The translations under genes were made by a program, and so were the position numbers. A stretch of DNA of 64,000 nucleotides from an uncultured Pseudomonadota bacterium (GTDB lineage Bacteria; Pseudomonadota; Alphaproteobacteria; JACZXZ01): the NCBI GenBank assembly GCA_963749075.1, contig CAVVLJ010000017.1, positions 512,001 to 576,000 of the forward strand, given 5' to 3'. The notes under the pieces are model-generated. The model saw only the letters and a list, made by a program, of their open reading frames with translations. It searched no databases and had not been told where the DNA came from. This document shows positions 28,000 through 41,481 of this stretch, piece after piece. Each line of letters begins with the position of its first letter. Positions within the stretch are counted from its first letter, which is position 1.

Positions 28000-28087
28000 G
28001 CCGCCTCGCGCCGGCGGCGCCGGGGCGTCCTGCCTTGGCGGCAGCCCGGAGGGAGGCCAGAGGGAGGCCAGAGGGAGCCTCGACGCG

Positions 28088-28939
28088 ATGACCATCCGAT
28101 CCATTCTGGCGCCGCTCACCGGATACGAGGAAAGCCCAGCGGCCCTCGCGGCGGGCCTCAGGATCGCATGCCGGCTGCATTCCTTTATCGACGTCGTTTG
28201 CGTGCGGCCGGATCCGCGCGATGCCGTTTCGCTCGCCACGGGGAGCGCCAAGGGCGCCGGCCTCGATCCGCTGGTGGCCCATGTGGAGAAGGAGGCCGAG
28301 ACCCGCTCCAAGCGCGCGCATGAAATCTTCGAGCTGGCCTCCCGCCAAGCCGGCACGGATACGCCCGGTGCTTGCGCCATGGCAAGCTTCCGCCTGCTGA
28401 CCGGCCGCATGGCCCGCGACGTGCCGATCCATGGCCGGACGTACGACCTGATCCTGTTCGGACGTCTCCTCGATCCCGACGCGACCGAATGGCGGCTGAC
28501 CCTGGAAACGACGCTGGTGGCGAGCGGCCGGCCGGTGCTTCTCCTCCCGGCCGACGCCAGGCTGCTGATCGGCGAAATCGTGGCGGTGGCCTGGAACGGC
28601 AGCGCCGAGGCCGCCCGCGCAGCCAGTGCCGCACTCCCCATTCTGCGGCAGGCCCGCCGCGTTCTGCTGCTCACGGGGGCCAGGGATGCACCGGTCGTGC
28701 CGGGCCTGCTCGAGGTCGGCGAATGGCTCGAGCGTCATGGCATATTCGCCGAGCGCAAGGCGGTGCCCCTCGAAGAATGGCCGGTCGGCGAGAAGCTCGT
28801 CGCAGAGGCCGCCCGCGCGGGCGCCGATCTTCTGGTCATGGGCGCATACGGCCATGACAGGGCGCGCGCGACCATCTTCGGGGGCGCCACGCGGGCCGTC
28901 TTGAACGAGTCCACGCTGCCGGTGCTGCTCGCTCACTAG
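28088..28939 (+). CDS. Universal stress protein (tandem USP)
   Basis: MTIRSILAP, SGRPVLLLP, WNGSAEAARA, DLLVMGAYGHDRARATIFGGAT. Confidence 0.9.
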   Translation: MTIRSILAPLTGYEESPAALAAGLRIACRLHSFIDVVCVRPDPRDAVSLATGSAKGAGLDPLVAHVEKEAETRSKRAHEIFELASRQAGTDTPGACAMASFRLLTGRMARDVPIHGRTYDLILFGRLLDPDATEWRLTLETTLVASGRPVLLLPADARLLIGEIVAVAWNGSAEAARAASAALPILRQARRVLLLTGARDAPVVPGLLEVGEWLERHGIFAERKAVPLEEWPVGEKLVAEAARAGADLLVMGAYGHDRARATIFGGATRAVLNESTLPVLLAH

Positions 28940-28954
28940 CGTCCAGAATCGCCG

Positions 28955-31990
<3,036 letters not shown>

Positions 31991-31994
<4 letters not shown>

Positions 31995-32290
31995 CGGGCA
32001 AGCCGCCGCCCGCGGGCTCCAACCATCCCGAGCGCCTCGACAGCGCGGTGCGGCTCCGGCGCGAGCGGCGCGAGCGCGCGAAACGCGGGGGCGAGCGCTC
32101 GATCGCGCAGAATCTCGCCATGATCGGCGCGTTGGGCTGGACGATCGTGACGCCGACGCTCGCCGGCGTCTTTGCGGGCCGCTGGCTCGACCGCCACTTC
32201 GGGAGCGGCATTTTCTGGACGCTCGGCCTGCTGACTGCCGGGCTCGCCGCCGGATGCGCGCTCGCCTGGACGAGGATGCACCGCGAATGA
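31991..32290 (+). CDS. atpQ: N-ATPase AtpQ (AtpZ/AtpI-like)
   Basis: NLAMIGALGWTIVTPTLAGVFAGRWLD; operon position. Confidence 0.85.
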
Positions 32291-32574
32291 GCGCCGAGGC
32301 CTTCATCCGCGCCGCGGCGCTCGCATCGGCAGCCGCACTCGCCGGCCTGGTCCTCGGCAGCGCTTATTTCGCGGCGATGCGGTGGACGGTCGAGCTCCTC
32401 TGCGCCGGGCGGGGGCGGCTCCTGCCTGCGGCACTGACCCTCGGGCGGGTGGCGGCGGCCGTGCTCGTGCTGGCACTCGCGGCAACGCTCGGGATCGTGC
32501 CGCTCGCGGGCATTTCCACAGGCTTTCTCCTGGCGCGCGCCGCAGCGCTCCGCTGCGCACGGAGGGCGGTCTGA
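32287..32574 (+). CDS. atpR: N-ATPase AtpR
   Basis: Hydrophobic ~95 aa; GLVLGSAYFAAMRWTV, GFLLAR; operon position. Confidence 0.8.
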   Translation: MSAEAFIRAAALASAAALAGLVLGSAYFAAMRWTVELLCAGRGRLLPAALTLGRVAAAVLVLALAATLGIVPLAGISTGFLLARAAALRCARRAV

Positions 32575-33245
32575 TGCAGCCCTCGCCCTTCGCCAGCATC
32601 GTCCTCTTTCACCTGGGGCCGGTCGCGATCACCAAGCCGGTGGTCACGACCTGGTGCATCATGCTGGCATTGACCGCCGTCTCCTGGCTGGCGACGCGCC
32701 GCCTCGGTCTCCATGCGGACCGGCGCCAGGCGGTGCTCGAGGGCATCGTGAGCGCCATCATGGCGCAGATCGAGGGCGTCGTCGGCGACGACGGCCGCCC
32801 GCTCCTGCCGCTCATCGGCACCCTCCTCATCTTCCTCGTCAGCGCCAACCTCTCGGGCGTGCTGCCGGGCGTCGAGGCACCGACCGCGAAGATCGAGACG
32901 CCGGCGGCCCTGGCGCTCATCGTGTTCTTCTCGGTGCATTATTTCGGCGTGCGCGCGCAAGGGCTCCGCGGCTATCTCGCGAGCTTCGCGCGGCCCAAGC
33001 TCATCATGCTGCCGCTCAACGTCGTCGCCGAGGTGACGCGCACCTTCTCGCTCATGGTGCGCCTCTTCGGCAACGTCATGAGCGGGGAGTTCGTCATCGC
33101 TCTGGTCCTGGCACTCGCCGGCCTCTTCGTGCCCATTCCGCTCATGGCGCTCGAGATCCTCATCGGCATCGTGCAGGCGTACATCTTCACCATCCTCGCA
33201 ACCGTCTTCATCGGCGCCGCCCTCGGCGGCAAAGAGAACGCGTAA
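32574..33245 (+). CDS. atpB: N-ATPase a subunit
   Basis: RTFSLMVRLFGNVMSGE, IVQAYIFTILA. Confidence 0.93.
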   Translation: MQPSPFASIVLFHLGPVAITKPVVTTWCIMLALTAVSWLATRRLGLHADRRQAVLEGIVSAIMAQIEGVVGDDGRPLLPLIGTLLIFLVSANLSGVLPGVEAPTAKIETPAALALIVFFSVHYFGVRAQGLRGYLASFARPKLIMLPLNVVAEVTRTFSLMVRLFGNVMSGEFVIALVLALAGLFVPIPLMALEILIGIVQAYIFTILATVFIGAALGGKENA

Positions 33246-33262
33246 GAACGGAAGGAGCCCTC

Positions 33263-33505
33263 ATGGACGCAAAGCTTCTCAGCATCCTGGCGGCGGCCAT
33301 CGCCGTCTCGATCGGCTCGATCGGCCCGGCGCTCGCCGAGGGACGCTCGGTCGCCGCGGCGATGGACGCCATCGCGCGTCAGCCCGAGGCGGCCGGCACG
33401 CTCTCGCGCACCCTTTTCGTCGGCTTAGCCATGATCGAGACCATGGCGATCTACTGCCTCGTCATCGCGCTCCTCTTGTTGTTCGCCAACCCCTATGCCG
33501 GCTGA
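33263..33505 (+). CDS. atpE: N-ATPase c subunit
   Basis: GPALAEG...IARQPEA...FVGLAMIETMAIY. Confidence 0.95.
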   Translation: MDAKLLSILAAAIAVSIGSIGPALAEGRSVAAAMDAIARQPEAAGTLSRTLFVGLAMIETMAIYCLVIALLLLFANPYAG

Positions 33506-33507
33506 CC

Positions 33508-34260
33508 ATGCATCTCGACGCCTGGACCTTAGCCCTTCAGACCGTCAACTTCGCCATCCTCGTGTGGCTGCTGCGCCGTTTCCTCTACCGGCCGGTGCTG
33601 CGGATGATCGACCGGCGCAAGGGGGAGATCGACAAGCAGTTTGCCGAGGCTGAGGCCGCATTGAGCGAGGCGAAGGTCAAGCTCGCCGCCGTCGAGGGTG
33701 AGCGGGACGGGCTCGCGGCCGAGCGCGCGGCCGTGCTCAAGGCGGCGGCGGAGGCGGCGGCGGCGGCGAGCGAGACGCTGCGGGCCAGGGCCGAGCGCGA
33801 TGCGGCAGCCCTCCTCGAAGGCGGGCGCAGGACATTGGCCGAGGAGCGCGGCCAGGCGCTCAAGGACGCGAGAGCCGCGGCCCTCGATCTCGGCGCCGAC
33901 ATCGCGCGCAGGCTTGCCGGCGACGTGCCGCCCGAGCTGCGCGCCGAAGCCTGGCTCGGCCGCATCGAGCGGCACCTGGCCGGTCTCGCGCCCGACCGGC
34001 GGCGCGAGCTCCTGGGCGATAGCACCGCCACGGTGCGGGTGGTGACGGCCATCGAACTCCCGGAGCCCGTGAAGACCGCATGGCGCGCTCGGCTCGTTGC
34101 CGCGCTCGGCGGCACGCCGGCCATCGAGTTCGACGTGGACCCCTCGCTCGTCGCCGGTGCCGATCTTCATCTGCCGGGCGCCGTGCTGCGCTATTCCTGG
34201 CGCAGCTCGCTTGACGCCATTCGCACGGAGCTCGAGGCCCATGGCAACGCTCGCCGATGA
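33508..34260 (+). CDS. atpF: N-ATPase b subunit with delta-like extension
   Basis: [24 protein letters not shown], coiled coil, [10 protein letters not shown]. Confidence 0.9.
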   Translation: MHLDAWTLALQTVNFAILVWLLRRFLYRPVLRMIDRRKGEIDKQFAEAEAALSEAKVKLAAVEGERDGLAAERAAVLKAAAEAAAAASETLRARAERDAAALLEGGRRTLAEERGQALKDARAAALDLGADIARRLAGDVPPELRAEAWLGRIERHLAGLAPDRRRELLGDSTATVRVVTAIELPEPVKTAWRARLVAALGGTPAIEFDVDPSLVAGADLHLPGAVLRYSWRSSLDAIRTELEAHGNARR

Positions 34261-35794
34261 TCTGCGCGAGTGGACCGCCCGCAGCCGCGCGCGCATCGCG
34301 GGGCTCGCGATCGAGCCGCAGATCGAGCGGGTCGGGCGGGTCCGCCGAGTGGGCGACGGGGTGGCGCTCGTCTCCGGCCTGCCCGAGGCGCGGCTCGACG
34401 AGCTGCTCGTCTTCGCAAGCGGCGTCCACGGCATTGCCGTCGATCTCGGCGAGGAGACCATCGGCTGCGTGCTGCTCGGCAGCGACGACGCCATAGCGGC
34501 CGGCAGCATCGTCCACGGCACCGGCGAGGTGGCCGAGGCGCCCGTCGGCGAAGGCCTGCTCGGCCGGGTCGTCGACGCCCTCGGCGCTCCCCTCGACGGC
34601 CGCGAGCCGCCCGAGGTGAAGGCCTACGCCCCGGTCGAGCAGCCGGCGCCCGCGATCGTCGACAGGGCACTCGTGACGCGGCCGCTCGCCACCGGGCTCT
34701 TGGCCGTGGACGCCGCGATCCCCCTCGGCCGGGGACAGCGCGAGCTCATCATCGGGGACCGCGGAACCGGCAAGACGGCGATCGCCGTCGACGCCATCAT
34801 CAACCAGCGCTCGAGCGACGTGATCTGCGTCTATGCCGCGGTCGGCCAGAAAACCTCGACGGTGACGCAGGTGATCGACGCGGTCAGGCGCTACGGCGCA
34901 CCCGAGCGCTGCCTTTTCGTCGTCGGCGAGGCCAGTGCCGCACCCGGGCTGCAGTGGCTCACGCCCTATGCCGCCTGCACGATGGCGGAATATTTCATGA
35001 GGCGCGGGCAGGACGTGCTGCTGGTCATCGACGACCTCACCAAGCACGCCATGGTCTACCGCCAGCTCTCGCTGCTATTGCGCCGGCCGCCGGGCCGCGA
35101 GGCCTATCCGGGCGACATCTTCTACATCCATTCGCGCCTCCTGGAGCGGGCGGCGAAGCTCTCGCCCGAGCGCGGCGGCGGCTCGCTCACGGCCCTGCCG
35201 ATCGCCGAGACCCAGGCCGGGAACATCAGCGCCTACATCCCGACCAACCTGATCTCGATCACCGACGGCCAGATCATCCTCGACCCGCGCCTCTTCTACG
35301 AGGACCAGAAGCCCGCCGTCGACATCGGGATGAGCGTCTCGCGCGTCGGCGGCAAGACCCAGGCGCCGGCGCTCAAGGCGCTCGCCGAGACGCTGCGCCT
35401 CGAATATGCGCAATTCATCGAGCTCGAGGTGTTCACCCGCTTCGGCACCATGGTCGACGAGCGCACCCGCAAGGTGATCGAGCACGGCCGCGCCATCCGC
35501 GCCGTCCTCCGCCAGCCCCAGTTCACCCCGCTCTCCCTCGCCGAGGAGGTAGCACTCCTCCTGGCACTCGGCGAGGGCATCCTCGACGGCGCTCCGCCCG
35601 AGCGCGTCGCCGCCTTCCGAGCCGGCCTCAGCACCTGGCTCGCCGATCATTGCCCGGAGGCCTTGACCCTGGATGACGAAGTGCTGCTCGCGGACGAACT
35701 GCGGACCCGCCTCAAAGCAGCACTGCGGGAGCTCGTGCGATCGCTCTCCGCCGCCGGCGGGGCGGCTCGCGGGGCGGCGGCGGAGCCGTCATGA
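34241..35794 (+). CDS. atpA: N-ATPase alpha subunit
   Basis: [53 protein letters not shown]. Confidence 0.95.
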   Translation: MATLADDLREWTARSRARIAGLAIEPQIERVGRVRRVGDGVALVSGLPEARLDELLVFASGVHGIAVDLGEETIGCVLLGSDDAIAAGSIVHGTGEVAEAPVGEGLLGRVVDALGAPLDGREPPEVKAYAPVEQPAPAIVDRALVTRPLATGLLAVDAAIPLGRGQRELIIGDRGTGKTAIAVDAIINQRSSDVICVYAAVGQKTSTVTQVIDAVRRYGAPERCLFVVGEASAAPGLQWLTPYAACTMAEYFMRRGQDVLLVIDDLTKHAMVYRQLSLLLRRPPGREAYPGDIFYIHSRLLERAAKLSPERGGGSLTALPIAETQAGNISAYIPTNLISITDGQIILDPRLFYEDQKPAVDIGMSVSRVGGKTQAPALKALAETLRLEYAQFIELEVFTRFGTMVDERTRKVIEHGRAIRAVLRQPQFTPLSLAEEVALLLALGEGILDGAPPERVAAFRAGLSTWLADHCPEALTLDDEVLLADELRTRLKAALRELVRSLSAAGGAARGAAAEPS

Positions 35795-36639
35795 CGCGCG
35801 TTGCCGACATCGAGGCGCACATCGAGAGCATGAGCGAGCTCACCGGCATCGTCGGCGCCATGCGCTCGCTCGCCGGCATGCACGTGCAGGAGGCGCAGCG
35901 CGCACTTCCCGGCATCCGCCGCTATGCGGAGGCGATGGCGGCCGCGGTCGGCACCGCCATGACGCTGATCCCGGAGGCAGCGCAGCGCGACGGCGCCGCC
36001 GGCGGCCTCCGCGCGGTCGTTTTCTTCGCGGCCGAGCACGGCTTCGTCGGCGGTCTGAACGAACGCCTCATCGCGGCGCTCGACGGCGTCGCCGGGCCCA
36101 AGGACGCGCTCTTCATGCTCGGCACCCGAGGGGCCGGGATCGCGCTCGGCCGCGGGCGGCAGGCCGCGTGGACGCATGCCATGGCGAGCCGCACCGCCGG
36201 CATATCGCAAACCGTCGCCCGCCTCGCCTCCGAGCTCTACCGGCGCATCGCGCGCGGCGAGATCGCCCGGGTCGAGGTGATGTACGCCCGTTACCGGCAC
36301 GATGGCGGAGCTGCCATCGAGCGGCACTCCCTCCTGCCGCCCGATCCGGCGCTGCTCAAGGGGGGCCGGCGGCGCTCCCCGCCGCTTCACACGCTCCGCC
36401 CGGCCGCCCTGCTCGAGCGCCTGATGGCCGAATATGTCCTGGCACTCCTCACCGAGGCCGCCGTCGAATCCCTCGCCAGCGAGAACGCCGCGCGCTTCGC
36501 CGCCATGCAGTCCGCGCGCGAGAACGTCGCGAAAAAGCTCGCCCGGCTGCGCGAGGACGCGCGTCAGGCCCGCCAGGCCGAAATCACCACCGAGCTCCTC
36601 GATCTCATTGCCGGCGTCGAGGCGCTCGGCGGCGGCTGA
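35791..36639 (+). CDS. atpG: N-ATPase gamma subunit
   Basis: [41 protein letters not shown]. Confidence 0.92.
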   Translation: MTRVADIEAHIESMSELTGIVGAMRSLAGMHVQEAQRALPGIRRYAEAMAAAVGTAMTLIPEAAQRDGAAGGLRAVVFFAAEHGFVGGLNERLIAALDGVAGPKDALFMLGTRGAGIALGRGRQAAWTHAMASRTAGISQTVARLASELYRRIARGEIARVEVMYARYRHDGGAAIERHSLLPPDPALLKGGRRRSPPLHTLRPAALLERLMAEYVLALLTEAAVESLASENAARFAAMQSARENVAKKLARLREDARQARQAEITTELLDLIAGVEALGGG

Positions 36640-36649
36640 CATAGGTCAA
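36636..36649. promoter_or_regulatory. FNR/FixK box overlapping the atpG stop, upstream of CBS-BON
   Basis: CTGAC-ATAG-GTCAA. Confidence 0.65.
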
Positions 36650-36737
36650 AGGACCGCTACGGCTTTCGGCAGTAGGATCGTTTCGTCCCGCTGCGGCAAG
36701 GGCAGGACGGCCGATGTCTCGCATCAGGAGGCGGACA

Positions 36738-37484
36738 ATGAAAGTGGCGGACGTGATGACGCGCCGGGTGATCTCGGTCAAGCCGGACACGCTGGTCGCG
36801 GAGGCCGCGCGCCTCATGCTGCAGGACAACATCAGCGGGCTTCCGGTGATCGACAGCCGCAACGAGCTGGTCGGCATCGTCACGGAGGGCGATTTCCTCC
36901 GTCGGGCCGAGACCGGCACCGAGCGGCAGCGCCCGCGCTGGCTCGAGCTCCTGCTCGGTCCGGGCCGGCTTGCCGACGAGTACGTCCGCACCCACGGCCG
37001 CAAGGTGGAAGAGGTGATGACGCGCGACGTCGTCACCGTGACCGCGGAGACGCCGCTCGACGAAGCGGTGCGGCTGATGGAGCAGCGGCGCATCAAGCGC
37101 CTCCCGGTCGTCTCCGAGGGGCGCGTGGTCGGCATCGTCAGCCGGGCCAACCTGCTGCAGGCGTTCGCCGGGATCGCGGAGGAGGCGCCGGCGCCGAGCG
37201 ATGCCGCGATCGAGGAGCGGCTGCTGGCCGAACTGGCCAAGCGCTCCTGGACCCCCAGGGCCTCGACGAAGGTGGCCGTGAGCAACGGCATCGTCGATCT
37301 GTGGGGCGTCATCTTCGACGAGCGGGAACGTCACGCGCTGCGCGTCGCGGCGGAGAACGTGCCCGGCGTCAAGCGGGTGCGCGATCATCTGGTCTGGGTG
37401 GAACCCAATTCGGGTTACTACATGGAACCCCCCGGGAGCGCGCCGGACGAAGACGGAAGCCGCAGCGAGCCGCACGGGCGGTGA
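36738..37484 (+). CDS. CBS-pair + BON domain protein
   Basis: MKVADVMT, ISGLPV, VGIVTEGDFL, IKRLPV, BON GIVDLWG...AAENVPGVKRVRDHL. Confidence 0.92.
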   Translation: MKVADVMTRRVISVKPDTLVAEAARLMLQDNISGLPVIDSRNELVGIVTEGDFLRRAETGTERQRPRWLELLLGPGRLADEYVRTHGRKVEEVMTRDVVTVTAETPLDEAVRLMEQRRIKRLPVVSEGRVVGIVSRANLLQAFAGIAEEAPAPSDAAIEERLLAELAKRSWTPRASTKVAVSNGIVDLWGVIFDERERHALRVAAENVPGVKRVRDHLVWVEPNSGYYMEPPGSAPDEDGSRSEPHGR

Positions 37485-37545
37485 TCTGCCGCGCCATCTG
37501 CCGAGCGGCGACCGCAGCGCCTGCGCGCGACCGTCATTCGCCGGG

Positions 37546-37758
37546 TTATGCCTCTCTCGGCAGCCGAGTTGCGCCGGATTTCCAATAAAGCTTCTTGACC
37601 GCCGCCCAGGCCACCCGATGAGCGATCTCCTCGTGGCGCGGGTCGTCGCCGTATTGGCGCCAGGCGTGGTCGAAGGCTTCCCGATAGATGTCCTGCGCAT
37701 GCGGCGGCAGATGGTTGCGCACCGACGGCGGCAGGTCTTCATTGATCGGATAGGGCAT
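37546..37758 (-). CDS. chaB: ChaB family protein
   Basis: MPY....DLPPSVRNHLPPHAQDIYREAF..AW..Y....EEIAHRVAWAAVKK. Confidence 0.9.
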   Translation of the reverse strand: MPYPINEDLPPSVRNHLPPHAQDIYREAFDHAWRQYGDDPRHEEIAHRVAWAAVKKLYWKSGATRLPREA

Positions 37759-37803
37759 GAACCTCCCCCGGCGAAGCGGCGGGGTCCCTTCTCCCGCCGG
37801 CTC

Positions 37804-38127
37804 TTAGCGCTTGGCCAGCTCGCCGAAATACGCGACGAAGTCCTCGATTTCCTGCCGGCTGAATTGGATTGGCGGCATCGGCGGATGCGGCTTGGCGAGG
37901 AAGCCGCGCCAGTAGTCGGGACCTCTTTGAGGATCGTGTGCGATCGCCGCAAACGGAGGAGCGGTGTCCTGCCCGCTCTTCCCGCCGCCGACGAGATGAC
38001 ACGAGGTGCACCACCGGTTCGCCATCGCCTCGCCGCGCGCGGGGTCGCCGGCAATTCTGCTCCCTTGACCGGCCGCCGGAGCCGCCAGAGCGAAGGACAA
38101 GACGATCACAGCCAACGCGCGTTTCAT
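37804..38127 (-). CDS. Small periplasmic monoheme cytochrome c
   Basis: Signal peptide, CTSCH, APPF..IA, PHPPMP. Confidence 0.88.
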   Translation of the reverse strand: MKRALAVIVLSFALAAPAAGQGSRIAGDPARGEAMANRWCTSCHLVGGGKSGQDTAPPFAAIAHDPQRGPDYWRGFLAKPHPPMPPIQFSRQEIEDFVAYFGELAKR

Positions 38128-38196
38128 AGCAACCTTCGATCGGGAGCGCCGCGGAATCTTCGCCGGCACAATAGGGTCCGCCTGCCGGACCGCGGT

Positions 38197-38210
38197 ATGA
38201 TCCAGATCAA
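38197..38210. promoter_or_regulatory. FNR/FixK box upstream of cytochrome c-chaB
   Basis: ATGAT-CCAG-ATCAA, 70 bp from the start. Confidence 0.7.
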
Positions 38211-38294
38211 TCCCGCATCGAGATCCCGGCAGCGCAGGACGCCGGCCGCCGCACGCGCCGTTGCCGCGGCGTGCAAGCCCGCGGGCCGCAGGTA

Positions 38295-38308
38295 TTGACC
38301 CAAATCAA
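38295..38308. promoter_or_regulatory. FNR/FixK box upstream of the second ABC exporter
   Basis: TTGAC-CCAA-ATCAA. Confidence 0.8.
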
Positions 38309-38513
38309 TGTCGGCGCGGCGCCGGAGCCCATGATATCGCACGTATTTAACTCGGCATGGACTGCGGCAAGCGATGCGCAATGTTTCGGACAACCGCTTG
38401 GGATCGCCACGCCAAGCGCTGTATGCAGCCCGAAAAGGCGGCCCGAGCGGCAATCGCCGGCCTCGTTTGATCCCGCGCGATCTCCTCATGCCGCATGCGG
38501 ACCCGGACGTCCG

Positions 38514-39650
38514 ATGCCGGGAATCCTGAGGATCGCCTACAAGCTCTTGGTCAATGACCGGGCCAAGTTCGCCGCACTCCTGGTCGGGATCACCTTTGCC
38601 GTGTTCCTGATGATCGAGATGACGTCGCTGTTCTCCGGGATTCTCAACCGCTCGTCGGCGACCGTCATCAACATCGGCGCCTCCATCTGGGTGATGGACC
38701 CGGCGATCCAGACGGTTGCCAACAGCATTCCGCTGCCGGACTACGTCCTCGACGAGGTGCGCAGCATACCGGGCGTCAAATACGCCGTTCCCCTCTATTC
38801 CGGGTCTGCGCTGCTCAAGCTGCGCGACGGAACGCATCAGTCCGCCAACATCGTCGGTCTCGACGATACCAGCCTCTTCGGAAGGCCGAGGCTTGTCGCC
38901 GGAAACATCGAGGATATCTTCGCCGAGAACGCCTTCATCGCCGTCAAGGACCCCGAGTTCTACAAGCTCGAAAACCCGAAGATCGGCACCGAGTTCGAGC
39001 TCAACGACCATCGCGGCGTCATCGTCGGCATCGCGCATGTCGCATCGAGCGGACTGTTCGGCGTGCCGACGCTCTACACGACGTACAACCGGGCACTGCA
39101 ATACATACCCAATACGCGCTTCACGATCTCCTACCTCCTCGTCGAGCCGAAATCGCCGGCCGACGTGCCGGCGATCAAACGGCAGGTCGCGGCGGCCGGA
39201 TACCTGGCTCTCACGAAAGGCGAGTTCATCAAGAAGATCTCCGATTTCTACAAATACCAGACCGGGATCGGGACCAACATGCTGCTGATGACGGTGATCA
39301 GCTTCATCATCGGATTGTCCATCTCGGGGCAGACCTTCTACACCTTCATCCTCGAGAACATCGAGAAGTTCGGCGCCCTCAAGGCGATCGGCGCCAAGGG
39401 GCGCGAGCTCGTATCCATGATCCTGTTTCTGGCGTCATTCGTGGCTTTGACGGGGTACGGCATCGGCGTCGGGCTATGCGCGCTCATAATATGGCTCGCC
39501 CGCATCTATCTTCCCGATTATGCGGCGATCATCACCTACCCGAACCTCGGCCTCGCCCTCGTCATGGTCGTCATCATCGCCGCATTCTCGAGTTACGTCG
39601 GGGTCCGCAAGGTCCTGAGAATCGAGCCCTTCGACATCTTCCGGGGCTAG
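38514..39650 (+). CDS. FtsX/MacB-type ABC permease (DevC-like)
   Basis: KLLVNDRAKFAALLVGITFAVFL, FGALKAIGA, IEPFDIFRG. Confidence 0.88.
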   Translation: MPGILRIAYKLLVNDRAKFAALLVGITFAVFLMIEMTSLFSGILNRSSATVINIGASIWVMDPAIQTVANSIPLPDYVLDEVRSIPGVKYAVPLYSGSALLKLRDGTHQSANIVGLDDTSLFGRPRLVAGNIEDIFAENAFIAVKDPEFYKLENPKIGTEFELNDHRGVIVGIAHVASSGLFGVPTLYTTYNRALQYIPNTRFTISYLLVEPKSPADVPAIKRQVAAAGYLALTKGEFIKKISDFYKYQTGIGTNMLLMTVISFIIGLSISGQTFYTFILENIEKFGALKAIGAKGRELVSMILFLASFVALTGYGIGVGLCALIIWLARIYLPDYAAIITYPNLGLALVMVVIIAAFSSYVGVRKVLRIEPFDIFRG

Positions 39651-39652
39651 CC

Positions 39653-40357
39653 ATGGCGAGGTCGGCGATCCAGGCGGTTGGCCTCAATAAGTGGTTCGGC
39701 GAAGGCGACGCCAAGACCCATGCCGTGAGGGACGTGACGTTCGACGCCAATTTCGGCGAGATGCTTTACGTGGTCGGCCCGTCCGGCAGCGGCAAGACCA
39801 CCATGCTGAGCATGATCTCGGGAATCCTCCGGCCGAACGCGGGTACCGTCAAGATCGAGGGCACCGAGATCTGGACCCTCTCGAACGACGCGCTCGCCGA
39901 GTTCCGGCTGCACAAGATCGGCTTCGTGTTTCAGGACTACCACCTGTTTCCCCGGCTGACGACCGCCGAGAATGTCGCGATTCCGCTCATCCTGCAGAAG
40001 CGCAACTGGGACGAGGCCCTCGAAGAGGCGACGCTCGATCTCGAGATCGTCGGCTTGAAGGCCCGGGCGCAGCTGCCGCCGGTGAAGCTCAGCGGCGGCG
40101 AGCAGCAACGGGTCGCGATCGCGAGAGCCATCGTCAGCCGGCCCGACATCCTGATCCTCGACGAGCCGACCGCGTCGCTCGACGGCGACACCGGACGGAA
40201 CGTCGTCACCTTTGTCCGGCAGCATATTCTCTCCGACCAGCGCTGCATCGTCATCGTCACCCACGACAGCCGCATCTACGAGTTTGCCGACCGCATCCTG
40301 AAGATGGAGGACGGCAGGGTGATGGGCGTGGAGCGGGAGAGTTTGGATGCCCAATAG
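39653..40357 (+). CDS. LolD/DevA-type ABC ATPase
   Basis: GPSGSGKTT, GFVFQDYHL, LSGGEQQRVAIARA, LDEPT, VTHD. Confidence 0.92.
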   Translation: MARSAIQAVGLNKWFGEGDAKTHAVRDVTFDANFGEMLYVVGPSGSGKTTMLSMISGILRPNAGTVKIEGTEIWTLSNDALAEFRLHKIGFVFQDYHLFPRLTTAENVAIPLILQKRNWDEALEEATLDLEIVGLKARAQLPPVKLSGGEQQRVAIARAIVSRPDILILDEPTASLDGDTGRNVVTFVRQHILSDQRCIVIVTHDSRIYEFADRILKMEDGRVMGVERESLDAQ

Positions 40358-41432
40358 AGCCATCTACATCCTCTCGGCCATCGGCCTGATCCTGGCGCTC
40401 GTCAGCGCCTTCGTCTTCAGCGAGGAACCGAGCGCGCAGCCGCCCGTCTTCAATCCGGCGGCCAATCCCTATGCCAAGGGGATCTACGCGAACGGCATCG
40501 TCGAGAGCGCCCTGGCGCAGGGCGAGAACATCAACATCTATCCCGAAGTTTCCGGGCCGGTCACCCAGGTCCTGGTCGCCGAAGGCGAAGGGGTCCACAA
40601 GGGCGACCGGCTGCTGACGATCGACGACTCGGTGCAGCGGGCGACGGCCGAGCAGCAGCGCTCGCAGGCGGAAGCGGCGCTCGCGGTGCTCACGGAGCTC
40701 AAGGCGGAGCCCAGGCCGGAGACCCTCGAGGTCGCTGCCGCCCAGGTCGAGAACGCCAAGGCGACCCTCAAGAACGCGCAGGATCAGCTCGCCAAACAGG
40801 AGCAATCCTACGCCCTCGATGCGAAATCGGTCAGCCGCGACGCGTTGGACAATGCGCGGAACGCCGAGAAGATAGCGGACACCAACCTCAAGGTCGTGCA
40901 GAAGCAATACGCGCTCACCAAGGCAGGCGCCTGGATCTACGATATAGAAAACCAGGAAAAGCAATATGCCGCCCTTTCGAAGGCCTATGCGGCCTCCGCG
41001 GCGCTGCTCGCGAAATATACCATCGTAGCGCCGGCGGATGGCGTGGTGCTCTCGCTTCAGGCCGCGGTCGGCAGCTACGTTTCGTCGCAAGGCGCCTACG
41101 ATTCCTATACCCAGGCGTTGAACCCCCTCATCGTCATGGGCGCGCCGCAGGATCGCCTCCAGGTCCGCGCCTATATCGACGAGATCTTGGTCCACCGCCT
41201 CGCCGATCCGGCCAAGATGGACGCCCAGATGTTCATCCGGGGCACCGACATCCATGTGCCGCTCACGTTTACGCGCATCCAGCCCTATGTCTCGCCGAAG
41301 ATCGAGCTCTCCGATGAGCGGCTGGAGCGGGTCGATGTCCGGGTGCTGCCGGTGATCTTCCGCTTCGAGAGGCCGAAAGGCTTGAACCTCTACCCGGGGC
41401 AGCTGGTCGATGTCTATGTCGGCGAGAAATAG
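40347..41432 (+). CDS. HlyD-family periplasmic adaptor
   Basis: N-terminal TM, EGEGVHKGD.L, coiled coil, APADGVV, RIQPYVSPK. Confidence 0.88.
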   Translation: MPNRAIYILSAIGLILALVSAFVFSEEPSAQPPVFNPAANPYAKGIYANGIVESALAQGENINIYPEVSGPVTQVLVAEGEGVHKGDRLLTIDDSVQRATAEQQRSQAEAALAVLTELKAEPRPETLEVAAAQVENAKATLKNAQDQLAKQEQSYALDAKSVSRDALDNARNAEKIADTNLKVVQKQYALTKAGAWIYDIENQEKQYAALSKAYAASAALLAKYTIVAPADGVVLSLQAAVGSYVSSQGAYDSYTQALNPLIVMGAPQDRLQVRAYIDEILVHRLADPAKMDAQMFIRGTDIHVPLTFTRIQPYVSPKIELSDERLERVDVRVLPVIFRFERPKGLNLYPGQLVDVYVGEK

Positions 41433-41481
41433 GCGCCAGCACGTATCGCTGCCGCCGCAGCGCCTGCGGGAGGGGCTCGTC

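Noticed and set aside
25817-28077. Short tandem duplications CGCCGGGAAA x2.5 (25817) and GAGGGAGGCCA x2.5 (28049)
   Set aside because: Local intergenic slippage with no evident function.
33263-33505. Na+-pumping N-ATPase
   Set aside because: ETMAIY lacks the second hydroxyl residue of the canonical Na+ site; Na+ coupling is not supported.
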